This document shows positions 52,085 through 61,327 of a stretch of DNA of 64,000 bases, one piece after another (position 1 is the first letter of the stretch; each line of letters opens with the position of its first letter). The DNA comes from Candidatus Latescibacterota bacterium (GTDB taxonomy: Bacteria > Krumholzibacteriota > Krumholzibacteriia > WVZY01), in contig CAWBQK010000009.1 of assembly GCA_963791045.1 (NCBI GenBank), forward strand, positions 64,001-128,000, read 5' to 3'. The position numbers were made by a program, and so were the translations under genes. A model generated the notes under the pieces. The model did no database searches. It was not told the origin of the DNA and saw nothing but the letters and a program-made list of their open reading frames with translations.

Positions 52085-53368
52085 TTACTTCATCGCCTGA
52101 ATCGCCGTACCCAGATCGTAGCAGATCACGCCCATGGGTTCGGCGTCCGACTCTTCATCTTCGGATCCTTCTCCGGCGCCAAACATCGCGCGGCGGGCCG
52201 ACCGCAACCCCGTGACTACATAGAGACGGTCACCGACGATGTGAAGTCCGTCGTCGAGGTAATTCCCCTCGCCATTGAATGTGATTTCCCGTGTGAACTT
52301 CCCGTCCTTGTCGTACTCATCGACCGTCGCAATCACACCGTCGGGAGCGTCGAATCCGCCACGGCTGGATAGAACCCAGATCGTCCCATCTTCCCGCGGG
52401 AAGATCTCCTGGACATCGCGGTCCGTCTCGCTCGTCTTGACCTCGGGGCTCTCTGTCCGGTTGCCCCGCCGGAACATAACTCTCGGCGTAAAGATTTCTA
52501 TTTCTTCCGGCGAGCGTTTGCGGTGCACGTACTCGCGTTCGATCACACGATTGAGCGTGCCGTCGGGATTCCAGACGTCAATATTGTACGCGTCAAAATT
52601 TGCACTAGTGAATACACGACCGTCGGCGGCTGCGTTCCACACCAAAGCCCCCATCATTTTCTTCTCATCCATCACAAGGTTTGCGAAATCCCGTTCGTCC
52701 CTCTGCTCGGAGTACGCCGCGAACTGATTTCCATCTTTATCGACCGCCACGAGCGAGGAAATCATCTCGAAAGATGCCTCCTTACGGGCAAACCGGTTGA
52801 CCCAAAGCACCACAGCGTCCCCCGCGGCGGCGCCACCGGCAAACATCTGCATCCCCCCGTCGTCGGGCTGCGGCACGGCAAGATTTCCAGCCGGCTCCCC
52901 ATCGGTGGTGAGCAGAATGACCTTGCCGGGCATCCGCTGCATCACCGCCACCTTGCCGTCGGTCGTCATAAACATGTCGCTCGGCCGCCGGAATTCGCCG
53001 GGGCCTTCCCCTTCACGACCGATCGAACGGAGGTAATTGCCCTCCGGAGAAAAAACCATCACCTCGTTCAACTGGGCGTCGAGAAGGTAGATGTTGCCTT
53101 CTCCATCCGAGGCGATTTGGGTGAGCACGCCAAACAGGAATTCGTCGTCCTCGTCCCCCTCAATTCGCCATAACTCTTTGAGATTCAGTGTAGATGGCGT
53201 TCCGGCCGGCGCCGCGGGGTTCAAGACGTGAATGACGCCGTCCCGCACCTCTTCGCGGCCTTCCCAGGCGAGCGCGGGGCACGCGGCGGCGATCAGCACA
53301 AACAGCAAAATGACCACTCCCAGCGCCCCGGCGCACCGGGCGATCACGGCATTAAAACTGACTGACAT
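52085..53368 (-). CDS. 6-bladed beta-propeller (NHL-like) secreted protein
   Basis: Signal peptide; DGEGNIYLLD and IGREGEGPGEF motifs. Confidence 0.85.
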   Translation of the reverse strand: MSVSFNAVIARCAGALGVVILLFVLIAAACPALAWEGREEVRDGVIHVLNPAAPAGTPSTLNLKELWRIEGDEDDEFLFGVLTQIASDGEGNIYLLDAQLNEVMVFSPEGNYLRSIGREGEGPGEFRRPSDMFMTTDGKVAVMQRMPGKVILLTTDGEPAGNLAVPQPDDGGMQMFAGGAAAGDAVVLWVNRFARKEASFEMISSLVAVDKDGNQFAAYSEQRDERDFANLVMDEKKMMGALVWNAAADGRVFTSANFDAYNIDVWNPDGTLNRVIEREYVHRKRSPEEIEIFTPRVMFRRGNRTESPEVKTSETDRDVQEIFPREDGTIWVLSSRGGFDAPDGVIATVDEYDKDGKFTREITFNGEGNYLDDGLHIVGDRLYVVTGLRSARRAMFGAGEGSEDEESDAEPMGVICYDLGTAIQAMK

Positions 53369-53576
53369 AAGCTACTCTCCCATTATTTGAAATCAGTGAA
53401 TCGCTACCTCTGATTGAACACGGCCCCGAAAAAAAGGTTTCGCATTCGACCCCGACCGAACCCAGCACGATCCCCGCAATTTGAGCGAGGTTCCCGGTTA
53501 TCAATACGACGGGGTGAGGCACGCCCCACCCCGTCCGATATATGTTTTTCGAGTCGGAACCGCACCGGAGAGCCAA

Positions 53577-54128
53577 TCACCTCGGCGGCGGATATTTTGT
53601 GAAGATTTTGAAGATCGCGTCGTTGACGACCTGATCCGTCTTTTCCGGACTCCAGTTGGGATCGACCGTTCTCGTTCCCGACCCGCGCCAGACCAGTTCC
53701 TTGGCCTTAACATCGATGAGATCGATGATCAACGTCCCCTCATCGTACTGGTACACGTCGATCTGGCGGCCGCCCCATCCCCAATAGTCGTAACTGTACC
53801 GGTAACCCCAGTCGGTAACGTTTATTTTTTGCTCGACCCCGGTGTGAAACACGACAAATAGATCGGGGTTCGTTTCGTCGAGTGTCAGCCCTTTCTTCTC
53901 GAGCTGTTCGTTGACGGATCTTCGCACCCTCTGGTCAAAAAGCTCATTGTTGGCCCTCGCCTTCCGAGCATCCCCGGGAACCGTTTCTTTGTCGACTTTC
54001 AGCCATGCGAACGTCTTGTAAGCCGGGAACGGAGCATCCTTGTCCCAGTCATGATTGATACTTATCGACGAGCAGCCGACGGCAAGCGCTCCGATCAACA
54101 CAATCAGGATCAATGAAATTTTGTTCAT
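53577..54128 (-). CDS. DUF4136 lipoprotein (paralog 7)
   Basis: Lipobox AVGC; YDEGTLIIDLID..LVWRG; YPP. Confidence 0.85.
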   Translation of the reverse strand: MNKISLILIVLIGALAVGCSSISINHDWDKDAPFPAYKTFAWLKVDKETVPGDARKARANNELFDQRVRRSVNEQLEKKGLTLDETNPDLFVVFHTGVEQKINVTDWGYRYSYDYWGWGGRQIDVYQYDEGTLIIDLIDVKAKELVWRGSGTRTVDPNWSPEKTDQVVNDAIFKIFTKYPPPR

Positions 54129-54488
54129 CACGGTCCCCCAATGGATTCTCCGGGCATTATTGAAATCATCATAAACTCGTAATCCAATACTAAGATATCG
54201 CTTATGGGGTGTCCAACACAAACAACCCCGGTTTTGCGCTCGAATGCTATGAGCCGGATGTGGTTCGAGTACTGTGATGCACCAACATCCCGCGCGGAAC
54301 CCGAATAAACCGTCTAAACAACGCCAATTCGGTCAAGCACGCACCGGCGCAATTCAACGATTCTGGACGCTTGACGAACGCGGCCTTAACCCATAAATTG
54401 TGCGTATCGAATTTTCGCGGATTCGGCCTCGCGGCGATCTCCTATTGGCCGCTTCGCAAAATCCATTTACCTCAACAAAGGAAATCAA

Positions 54489-55388
54489 ATGATCCGACTC
54501 ATTCGTTCACGTGCGACCGGCGCGCGTCTCGCAATGGCTCTTGCGGCCGCCGTCGTAGCAATCGCTTTTGCGGCAACCAACCTATGGGCGCAAGACGACA
54601 AGGAAGAAAAAAAGTACGGATGGTTTTTGAAGGCCGACCTTGCATGGCTCATGACCACGGGTAACTCCGAGAACAGCACCTTTGGCCTCAACGGCGAGGC
54701 AAAACGCGTGTGGGAAAAATCCACACTCAAACTCGGCGCCGGCGGCACGCAAACCGAGTCCTCACTCAAGACGCGGACGGCCGTCGGAACATCGGAGAGT
54801 TTCGCCGTCGAGGAAAACAAGGTCACGGAAAAAACCGCCGAACTCTTCTATGCTTTCGGTCGGTACGACTACAACATTTCCAAGCGCTTTTTTACGTTTG
54901 GCGGCGCCCACTGGCTGAGGAACCGGTTCTCGGGCATCGACAGTCGTTTTCTGCTCGCCCTAGGCGCCGGTAACACATGGGTGAACCGGGAGACCATGAG
55001 CTTCAAAACAGATTACGGCGTTACATACACATTCGAGGAAGAGGTCGTCGAAAATCCGTTCCACTCGACCAACTTCCCCGGCATCCGTCTGGGATTCGAT
55101 TACTGGTGGCAGATGACGACGTCCACGGAGTTTATCAGTGATTTCGTCATGGACTTGAATCTCGACAACACCGACGACGTAAGGATCGCGTTCAAGAATG
55201 AACTCCCCGTCTCGATCAGTTCGCACCTCAAACTCAAACCGGCGGTCACACTTCAGTGGCGGAACCAGCCCGCGCTGACCGAGGTCGCCCTGTACGACGA
55301 CACCGGCACACCAACGGATACCAATGTGTTTATCCCTCTCGAAAAGCTCGACGTGCTCACCTCGGTGGCGCTTGTTCTCGAGTGGTAG
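54489..55388 (+). CDS. DUF481 outer-membrane beta-barrel
   Basis: TTGNSENST, NRFSGIDSR and LGAG motifs; terminal W; TTGACG-17-TAAATT promoter at 54371. Confidence 0.8.
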   Translation: MIRLIRSRATGARLAMALAAAVVAIAFAATNLWAQDDKEEKKYGWFLKADLAWLMTTGNSENSTFGLNGEAKRVWEKSTLKLGAGGTQTESSLKTRTAVGTSESFAVEENKVTEKTAELFYAFGRYDYNISKRFFTFGGAHWLRNRFSGIDSRFLLALGAGNTWVNRETMSFKTDYGVTYTFEEEVVENPFHSTNFPGIRLGFDYWWQMTTSTEFISDFVMDLNLDNTDDVRIAFKNELPVSISSHLKLKPAVTLQWRNQPALTEVALYDDTGTPTDTNVFIPLEKLDVLTSVALVLEW

Positions 55389-55424
55389 CCGTTCGATACG
55401 AAGAAAAAAGGAAATCCACTAAAG

Positions 55425-55452
55425 AGGGCCGGGACATCCCCGGCCCTTTCTC
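55425..55452 (+). terminator. Probable terminator hairpin
   Basis: AGGGCCGGG...CCCGGCCCT followed by a short T-rich run. Confidence 0.5.
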
Positions 55453-55649
55453 ATGTCAGTCCTTCTCGTTTCCAGCCATTTCCCATCCTTCCCCGGAACG
55501 GATGTTGCATCCCTCTGATTCTGTCAACTCAAGAAAGCAACCCGGGCTGCGGCGTGTGGCGCCGCTCCGATGTCCCGCTTCGGCGGCACAAACAGTTAAC
55601 AGATTATATAACAGATAGTTGCGATCACGAATAACGCGAGGTACCTGCT

Positions 55650-56321
55650 ATGAAGACGGCTCTTGTTGTTGGAATTTGTCTGGCAATCGGATTGTCACCG
55701 AGCATTCTGCACGACGCGATAGCGGCCCCCCAGAGCGGGTCGGGAACATCGCTGAGCAACTCCGAAATCTCGGATCTCAAAAACATGCTCAACCGCGATC
55801 AACGGGAACTCCGCGATTTCCAGGGACTTATCCGCGATCTCGAATCCGCCGCCAAAGAATCGAGCGGCGCTCGACGTCAAAAAACAATCGATAAACTCCA
55901 GGAAGCCATGGCACGCGAAATCATCCAGGCGGAAGAAAATCTCAACAAGGATTATTTCTTGCGGATTCACGGCGAAGTTTCCAAGAGAGACGCCTCAAGT
56001 TCCGTCCCTCAGGGCACATCCGCCGTCTTCACACCCGAACACCAGCGGCTCACCTATATGCAGTCGATCTATCGTGTGTGTTCGAGGGGCACACGGCGCG
56101 CCGTCAACAAGGAATCCCAGGGCGTAGAGAATTACCTTCAGAAGGTTAAGGATTTCGCCGTTCTCATGCAGACCGACATACAGAGAATCAAAAACCGCCT
56201 TGAGCAATGCCACGGGGAACAGCTCGCAGGGGGCATCGCTCTGGCAGAGCGGTTTCTAGAACATAGAATTTGGCTTGGTTCCGGTGGATGTTTCTTTGTC
56301 AGGACGTCGCACCCACAATGA
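55650..56321 (+). CDS. Hypothetical secreted helical protein (3' end uncertain)
   Basis: GAGG RBS, signal peptide, coiled-coil-like composition; the tail may be frameshifted near 56198. Confidence 0.55.
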   Translation: MKTALVVGICLAIGLSPSILHDAIAAPQSGSGTSLSNSEISDLKNMLNRDQRELRDFQGLIRDLESAAKESSGARRQKTIDKLQEAMAREIIQAEENLNKDYFLRIHGEVSKRDASSSVPQGTSAVFTPEHQRLTYMQSIYRVCSRGTRRAVNKESQGVENYLQKVKDFAVLMQTDIQRIKNRLEQCHGEQLAGGIALAERFLEHRIWLGSGGCFFVRTSHPQ

Positions 56322-56360
56322 CCCCGCTCACAAGAGCGGGTCATTGTGTATTCGGCGCGA

Positions 56361-57968
56361 CTATGATTTCTTCCCTCGAAAACGTTTGACCACTTCGCTC
56401 ACCGGAAGCTGGCGACTCGACGGGCCAACCCTCACGAAGAACTTTTCATCTTTCCCGTGTTTAAAAAAGACCGGCTCGGTCGCCACGGCGCATTCGACGA
56501 CAAAGAGGCTCTTACCTCCCACCGCGCGAATCGCCGCATCGACAAACGATCTTGCTTCCAGGCCGATATGATCCTTGAACAGATTATTAAAATGGAGAAG
56601 GAACTTGTCGTCGTTCTCAAACCGGTCGGCTTCTATTCCGGTGACGTCGCCTTCATCATCGATTCCGATGAAAAGAACACCGCCATCTGTGTTCAAGAAC
56701 GCAACGAGTGTTTTGAGCCAGGCCATTTCGATTTCTTTGCCCGGCCGATCGGCGGAGAGATTCCAGCGCATCGTTGACTTGAACTCCAGACGGTCGCCCT
56801 CGCCTTCGGCGATGAGCCGGCGAATCGAGTCTTCGGTGCTCAAATCAAATGCCGGTGCCTCGGGTTGTTCCTTGAACACGTACCGGGTGAGAACGAAGGT
56901 GACCACGGCGCTCATCAATAGCAACCCGGCCAGCATCAGCGCATAGCGATGCTGCTCGTGCCTCACATCGTCAAGAAACTCTCTTTCGGGGAGCAACACG
57001 GCAAGATAAGGCGGCGCCGAATCCAGCGCCACAGTCCGGAAATCCACCCACCACCGCTCTCCGTCGCTTTGAATGATCGACTGGCTGCCGAGGGGCTCGC
57101 CGGCAGCCTTCCACGCGTCCACCGACTCTTTCTCGAGGCCCTCCGGTTCGCGGGTACCCACAATCGAATCGGCCGACGCCGTGCCTCCAGGTTCTGGTGT
57201 GATCACACGACCGTTGCCCGCAAGCAAAAACGCTTTTCCCTTCTCCCGGGCGATCGCATGATCGGCAAACCCGAGAACCGCTTCAAGAGGGACATCCAGG
57301 CCGGCTACATAGATGACCGGTTCGTCATCGGGCGACAACCAGTATTTTGACAGCGTGATCCCGATCTGCCGCGTTGTAAAAAACGCGTACGGCTGAGTCC
57401 ACTGTATGTCACCCGTCCCAACCGCCGTGTCTTCGAGCGCCGCTCTGTACCACAACCTTGAACGGGGATCGTAGTCGATTGCCTCCGTCCACTCCTCGAC
57501 GAATTCGAGCGTCGCCGTCCATCTTTGCCACGACACCATTCCTGGGTCGTTACCCGCATCTGTCATCCTTGTGAGCCAGCCGCTATCATCCCGGAGCATC
57601 ATGTACTCGGCGCCGCGATCGTTGGCGATCATCATCGAAGTCACATATGGAAACTCATCGAGGATTGGGATAAAACGCGTATTGAGAGATTTGGGGTCGG
57701 AGAGATCGAGCGCACCGAATTCACCCCATTTCTCGGTCACCCTGAGATACGATTCGACCCTCTCGAAAAGCGCTCGAAGATCATCCCGGAATTCGACTTC
57801 GACACGATCCGCGGTATTTCGCATCAACGTCTGGAAAATCTCACGGCGGATTCCCGACGACAACTCGATGGTAACAGCGGAGACTACCGCAATGCCCACA
57901 AGGGCGAAAATAATCCCGTTGCGGAGCCTGACTCGTTTGTGCGGATGGTCTTTTTTGGAAGAGTTCAT
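56361..57968 (-). CDS. Transmembrane receptor: TM-dCache-TM-Schlafen/AlbA_2 domain
   Basis: Two TMs flank a domain with YDPRSRLWY..WTQPY..GLDV; cytoplasmic EGDRLEFKS...AFLNTDGGVLFIGIDDEG...FFVRVGPSS. Confidence 0.85.
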   Translation of the reverse strand: MNSSKKDHPHKRVRLRNGIIFALVGIAVVSAVTIELSSGIRREIFQTLMRNTADRVEVEFRDDLRALFERVESYLRVTEKWGEFGALDLSDPKSLNTRFIPILDEFPYVTSMMIANDRGAEYMMLRDDSGWLTRMTDAGNDPGMVSWQRWTATLEFVEEWTEAIDYDPRSRLWYRAALEDTAVGTGDIQWTQPYAFFTTRQIGITLSKYWLSPDDEPVIYVAGLDVPLEAVLGFADHAIAREKGKAFLLAGNGRVITPEPGGTASADSIVGTREPEGLEKESVDAWKAAGEPLGSQSIIQSDGERWWVDFRTVALDSAPPYLAVLLPEREFLDDVRHEQHRYALMLAGLLLMSAVVTFVLTRYVFKEQPEAPAFDLSTEDSIRRLIAEGEGDRLEFKSTMRWNLSADRPGKEIEMAWLKTLVAFLNTDGGVLFIGIDDEGDVTGIEADRFENDDKFLLHFNNLFKDHIGLEARSFVDAAIRAVGGKSLFVVECAVATEPVFFKHGKDEKFFVRVGPSSRQLPVSEVVKRFRGKKS

Positions 57969-57975
57969 CGCCGAC

Positions 57976-58004
57976 ATTCTAGCAGGGCGCGGCGGCGGCG
58001 TCAA
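57976..58004 (-). promoter_or_regulatory. Sigma-70 promoter giving a probably leaderless transcript
   Basis: TTGACG-17-TAGAAT (with TGn), 7 nt before ATG 57968; no RBS. Confidence 0.7.
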
Positions 58005-58040
58005 AAACCGTCCTTTTATTTCTTCGATGCGGCAATACAC

Positions 58041-58071
58041 AAAAAGGCGTCCCGGTGTACACCGGGACGCC
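58041..58071 (-). terminator. Intrinsic terminator
   Basis: Perfect inverted repeat GGCGTCCCGGTG/CACCGGGACGCC plus TTTTT on the minus strand. Confidence 0.8.
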
Positions 58072-58149
58072 CCTGGGGATATTCCGCTATGTTCCGTCTG
58101 TCTGGACTATCATGTTCCTTAAATCTTCGGTGGCCCCAATCGATAGCGA

Positions 58150-58653
58150 TTATTTGTAAAGCTCCTTGATGTGTCCCCACGTCTTGTCGTCTGTGGGCAC
58201 CTTCTGACAGGTGAAACACTCTTCCTGCTCGAGCATAACCGCGCCCGTCGCATCCACGAACTGGACGACATAACAACAGAAATCCGGGTCGAGCAGAAAC
58301 GCGAACTGGCCTTTAGACGATTCGTTCCCAATGCAGTCACCCGGCGTCAGAGCGAACCAATCCGCTCCACCGAACGGATTCAGAAAACCCGTCCAACCCA
58401 CCGGATACTGGAGATCGATCATCACGCACTCGGCCACGGGCGGTTGCGGCTCGGGAACCATGCTCAGGCCACAAACGGCCGACGGCAGGCTGAAGTTCAC
58501 AATGGTGAAATAAGTCCAAACATCCCAGGGCGGACCGTCACCAACAGTGACACAGGAGTCCTGAACCACCGAGGCTTCGGCGTGGGCGAGGACGGGTAAC
58601 ACAAGCACGACAATAAATGACACGGCCAGCAACAATAACAGTTGTCTGGTCAT
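58150..58653 (-). CDS. Small Cys-rich secreted protein with C-terminal TWGxIKxLY motif
   Basis: Signal peptide (AHA), eight Cys, ends VPTDDKTWGHIKELYK. Confidence 0.75.
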   Translation of the reverse strand: MTRQLLLLLAVSFIVVLVLPVLAHAEASVVQDSCVTVGDGPPWDVWTYFTIVNFSLPSAVCGLSMVPEPQPPVAECVMIDLQYPVGWTGFLNPFGGADWFALTPGDCIGNESSKGQFAFLLDPDFCCYVVQFVDATGAVMLEQEECFTCQKVPTDDKTWGHIKELYK

Positions 58654-58784
58654 AAGGAATCCCCCCAATGGTAGAATTGCACTGCAAAAATTTAAGGTTC
58701 CAATAATTGCGGACTATATTCGACGGAATGGCGGTATTTTACACGAAATTGGCTCTGGAATCAACAAAAACCGGGTTGTTGCAG

Positions 58785-58820
58785 TTGACGGAAATCAACT
58801 GTTGACTTGATTATTATCAA
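58785..58820. promoter_or_regulatory. Two tandem FNR-type boxes
   Basis: TTGAT-TATT-ATCAA (58807..58820, consensus) and TTGAC-GGAA-ATCAA (58785..58798). Confidence 0.75.
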
Positions 58821-58843
58821 CAATGAGAACCAGGCCGCAGACA

Positions 58844-59551
58844 TCACCCCTCGGCGATACGACGGAGCGCGCGGGGTTTTGGAACGGCGATGTTCTTCCG
58901 GTCGAGCGTTATGAGGCCCTTATCTGAGAACTCGCGAAGAATTCGCGAGAGCGTTTCGGGTGTTGTCCCGATCATCTGCGCCATCTCCTCGCGGAGCAGC
59001 GGCACGGTGATCTTGTTCGCTTTTTTGGATGACGGATGGAGGTTTTCGAGGAGCCAGAGAAGAAACCGGGCGGTTCTCTGACGGACGGGATCCTGGGTCC
59101 GGGTGACCATCTGTTCTTCGGAGATACGAAGCTCCGACGCGAGCTTTGCCATCAGCCGCATGGTGATTTCAAAATCGTCCTTGACAACCGATTCGAGCGT
59201 TTCTTTAGAAATTGTGCAGATGGTGGTTTCTTCGACCGCTTCGGCGGTTGCCGCATACGGCTCATCCGCGGCCAGCGCACGATAGCCGACAATCTCCCCC
59301 GGCCCGAGAAGACGGATCAATACCTTTTTGCCGTTGTTCCCCGTTTTGTACAGCTTTACAACACCAGTACATATGCAATACACGGCCAGAGGGGGGTTGC
59401 CCTCATAAAAAACGACCTGGCCGCGCTGGTATTCGTGCGCGATCTTTTGTCGATCAAGTTTTAAAAGATGTGATCCGGTAAGCGAGCAAAACAATCCTTG
59501 ATCTCGCGCTCCACACGTGCTGCAACGCGGGAGCTCTGCGTAGGATTTCAT
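58844..59551 (-). CDS. Crp/Fnr family regulator with N-terminal Cys cluster
   Basis: CSTC-x8-C N-terminus, cNMP-type beta-roll, TIC, HTH TTPETLSR (FNR-like ETxSR). Confidence 0.9.
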   Translation of the reverse strand: MKSYAELPRCSTCGARDQGLFCSLTGSHLLKLDRQKIAHEYQRGQVVFYEGNPPLAVYCICTGVVKLYKTGNNGKKVLIRLLGPGEIVGYRALAADEPYAATAEAVEETTICTISKETLESVVKDDFEITMRLMAKLASELRISEEQMVTRTQDPVRQRTARFLLWLLENLHPSSKKANKITVPLLREEMAQMIGTTPETLSRILREFSDKGLITLDRKNIAVPKPRALRRIAEG

Positions 59552-59557
59552 GGATTG

Positions 59558-59586
59558 ATTATACCCACCGCCGCGGAATGTGTAAA
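59558..59586 (-). promoter_or_regulatory. Sigma-70 promoter, probably leaderless
   Basis: TTTACA-17-TATAAT, 6 nt before ATG 59551. Confidence 0.75.
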
Positions 59587-59616
59587 GTACCTCGGGGTAG
59601 AATTTTTCCGGAACGG

Positions 59617-61044
59617 CTAGATGTCGTCGTCGAGCAGCGTCGTATCACCCTTGTAGAGCGTTACGCCGTAAGGTGTTTTGTCCCGCGCAAACCCTCTTGG
59701 CTTGGTAAAAAGCGGATCATTGTACACATAACTAAGGAGTTCGTCGCGGTACCTCGGGTGGGCGATGCTCGCGATCGCCAGCGCTTTCGCCCCCGCGGTC
59801 AGTCCGCGCAGATCCGCAACGCCGTACTCCGTGACTATCACTACGCCGTCGTAGGCCGATGCGGTAAGACTGACACCGGAAGGATGCTCCTTGGCAATCT
59901 TGGAATCGCCCTTGTTAGTCACACTCTTGACGGCGATGATCGGGGTACCGAATTCGGGATCGTTCAGGGCGCGGACGAAGTCCGGCTGACCGCCTACGCC
60001 CGAATAGTAACTTCCCGCATCGATAAAGTCAGCCCAGACGTTTCCGAACAGATCCACGCCAATCGCCGTGTTCACGGAGACAAACGGGGCGTTGCGTCTG
60101 ATCATCTCCGCCGAATTCGTGTACGCACAAGGCCGCATCTGAACGCCGGCGCGCATGTCCACAAAGTCATAGAGTTCTTTCGAACCCATGATGATACTCG
60201 TCGTGCTGTACCCGAATCCCGTTTTTTTCTCGCTGTTGGTGACGATCCCCATTTTCTGGAGATGCATTAATCCGTCGCTGTAGAGCTCTGTGTGCACGCC
60301 GAGATCTTCGTAGTCCGCCTCCTTGATCATTCCCACAACGGCATCGGTAATCTTGCCGATACCAACCTGGAGCGTCACACCATCCGAAACGAACTGGTCC
60401 GTGATGAGCTCCCCTATTCGTCTCGCACGCGGCAAAATGTTGTCAAAGTCGGGACCCGGGAAGTCGTAGACCGGTTTCACTCCGTCATCGACAACCAGGT
60501 AATCTATCGTACTGGCGTCGATGATGCTCTGACCGTAAGTAAAGGGCATGCTGTCGTCGTACTCGGCGATGACGAGCTCGGCGTGATCGATCGCCGTGTG
60601 GAGCCCTTCCACCGACAACCCAAGACTGAATTCCCCGGTTTTCTCATACCGGCGGACTTTCATGATAACGATGTCGGGCTCGTACTGACGGCCCTTCCCG
60701 ATCAAGCTCTTGAGATTCGCCAGCGTGCACGGCACGTAGAACGCGCGGCCATCGTTGGCCGCTTTCCTGACATTCTCGCCCGAAAAGATCGAATACGCCA
60801 TCACACGGTCCTGAAGTCCTTTTTTGACATACGGGACGGGGCCGCGGAGAAGCAGGTGGACCATCTTGACGAACGGAAGGGACGGCGTCCCCGTTTCAAT
60901 CGCTTCGGTCAGGGCTTCCAGCGAAGCCGTGGGCGTTGCCGCGTTTGAACCGACGTAGCACGTAATTATGTCTTTGTGTTTGAACTTTTCGGCGATCACG
61001 CCGGTGATCTGGTCGAGTTTTATTGTTTCGGGCGTTTTCAACAT
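59617..61044 (-). CDS. Acetyl-CoA hydrolase/CoA-transferase (4-hydroxybutyrate CoA-transferase-like)
   Basis: TLQVGIG, HTELYSDG, SGVGGQPDF, VTEYGVADLRG, IAHP. Confidence 0.9.
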   Translation of the reverse strand: MLKTPETIKLDQITGVIAEKFKHKDIITCYVGSNAATPTASLEALTEAIETGTPSLPFVKMVHLLLRGPVPYVKKGLQDRVMAYSIFSGENVRKAANDGRAFYVPCTLANLKSLIGKGRQYEPDIVIMKVRRYEKTGEFSLGLSVEGLHTAIDHAELVIAEYDDSMPFTYGQSIIDASTIDYLVVDDGVKPVYDFPGPDFDNILPRARRIGELITDQFVSDGVTLQVGIGKITDAVVGMIKEADYEDLGVHTELYSDGLMHLQKMGIVTNSEKKTGFGYSTTSIIMGSKELYDFVDMRAGVQMRPCAYTNSAEMIRRNAPFVSVNTAIGVDLFGNVWADFIDAGSYYSGVGGQPDFVRALNDPEFGTPIIAVKSVTNKGDSKIAKEHPSGVSLTASAYDGVVIVTEYGVADLRGLTAGAKALAIASIAHPRYRDELLSYVYNDPLFTKPRGFARDKTPYGVTLYKGDTTLLDDDI

Positions 61045-61327
61045 TCTTCCTCCCGGAGGACTTTTAATTGGTTAACGGCGATACTAAATGAAATCATACC
61101 GCGGGTAAAGCCCGATAAAAACACGGCGCCCCCGCCTTGAGCGCCGGCGAGGAAGGGCGCTTCCGAGACCGCCGGCCTTAAAAACTTCGGAGCGCCTATC
61201 TCGCCCGGCCCTGAAACTCACGGTTGTCTCATTTGACGCGACGTCGCCCATCGCTATACGCTATAATCGAAATATCGGCATTGATGCAGCAGGCAATTAC
61301 TCCGACGCGCACACACCCCGGGAACAC

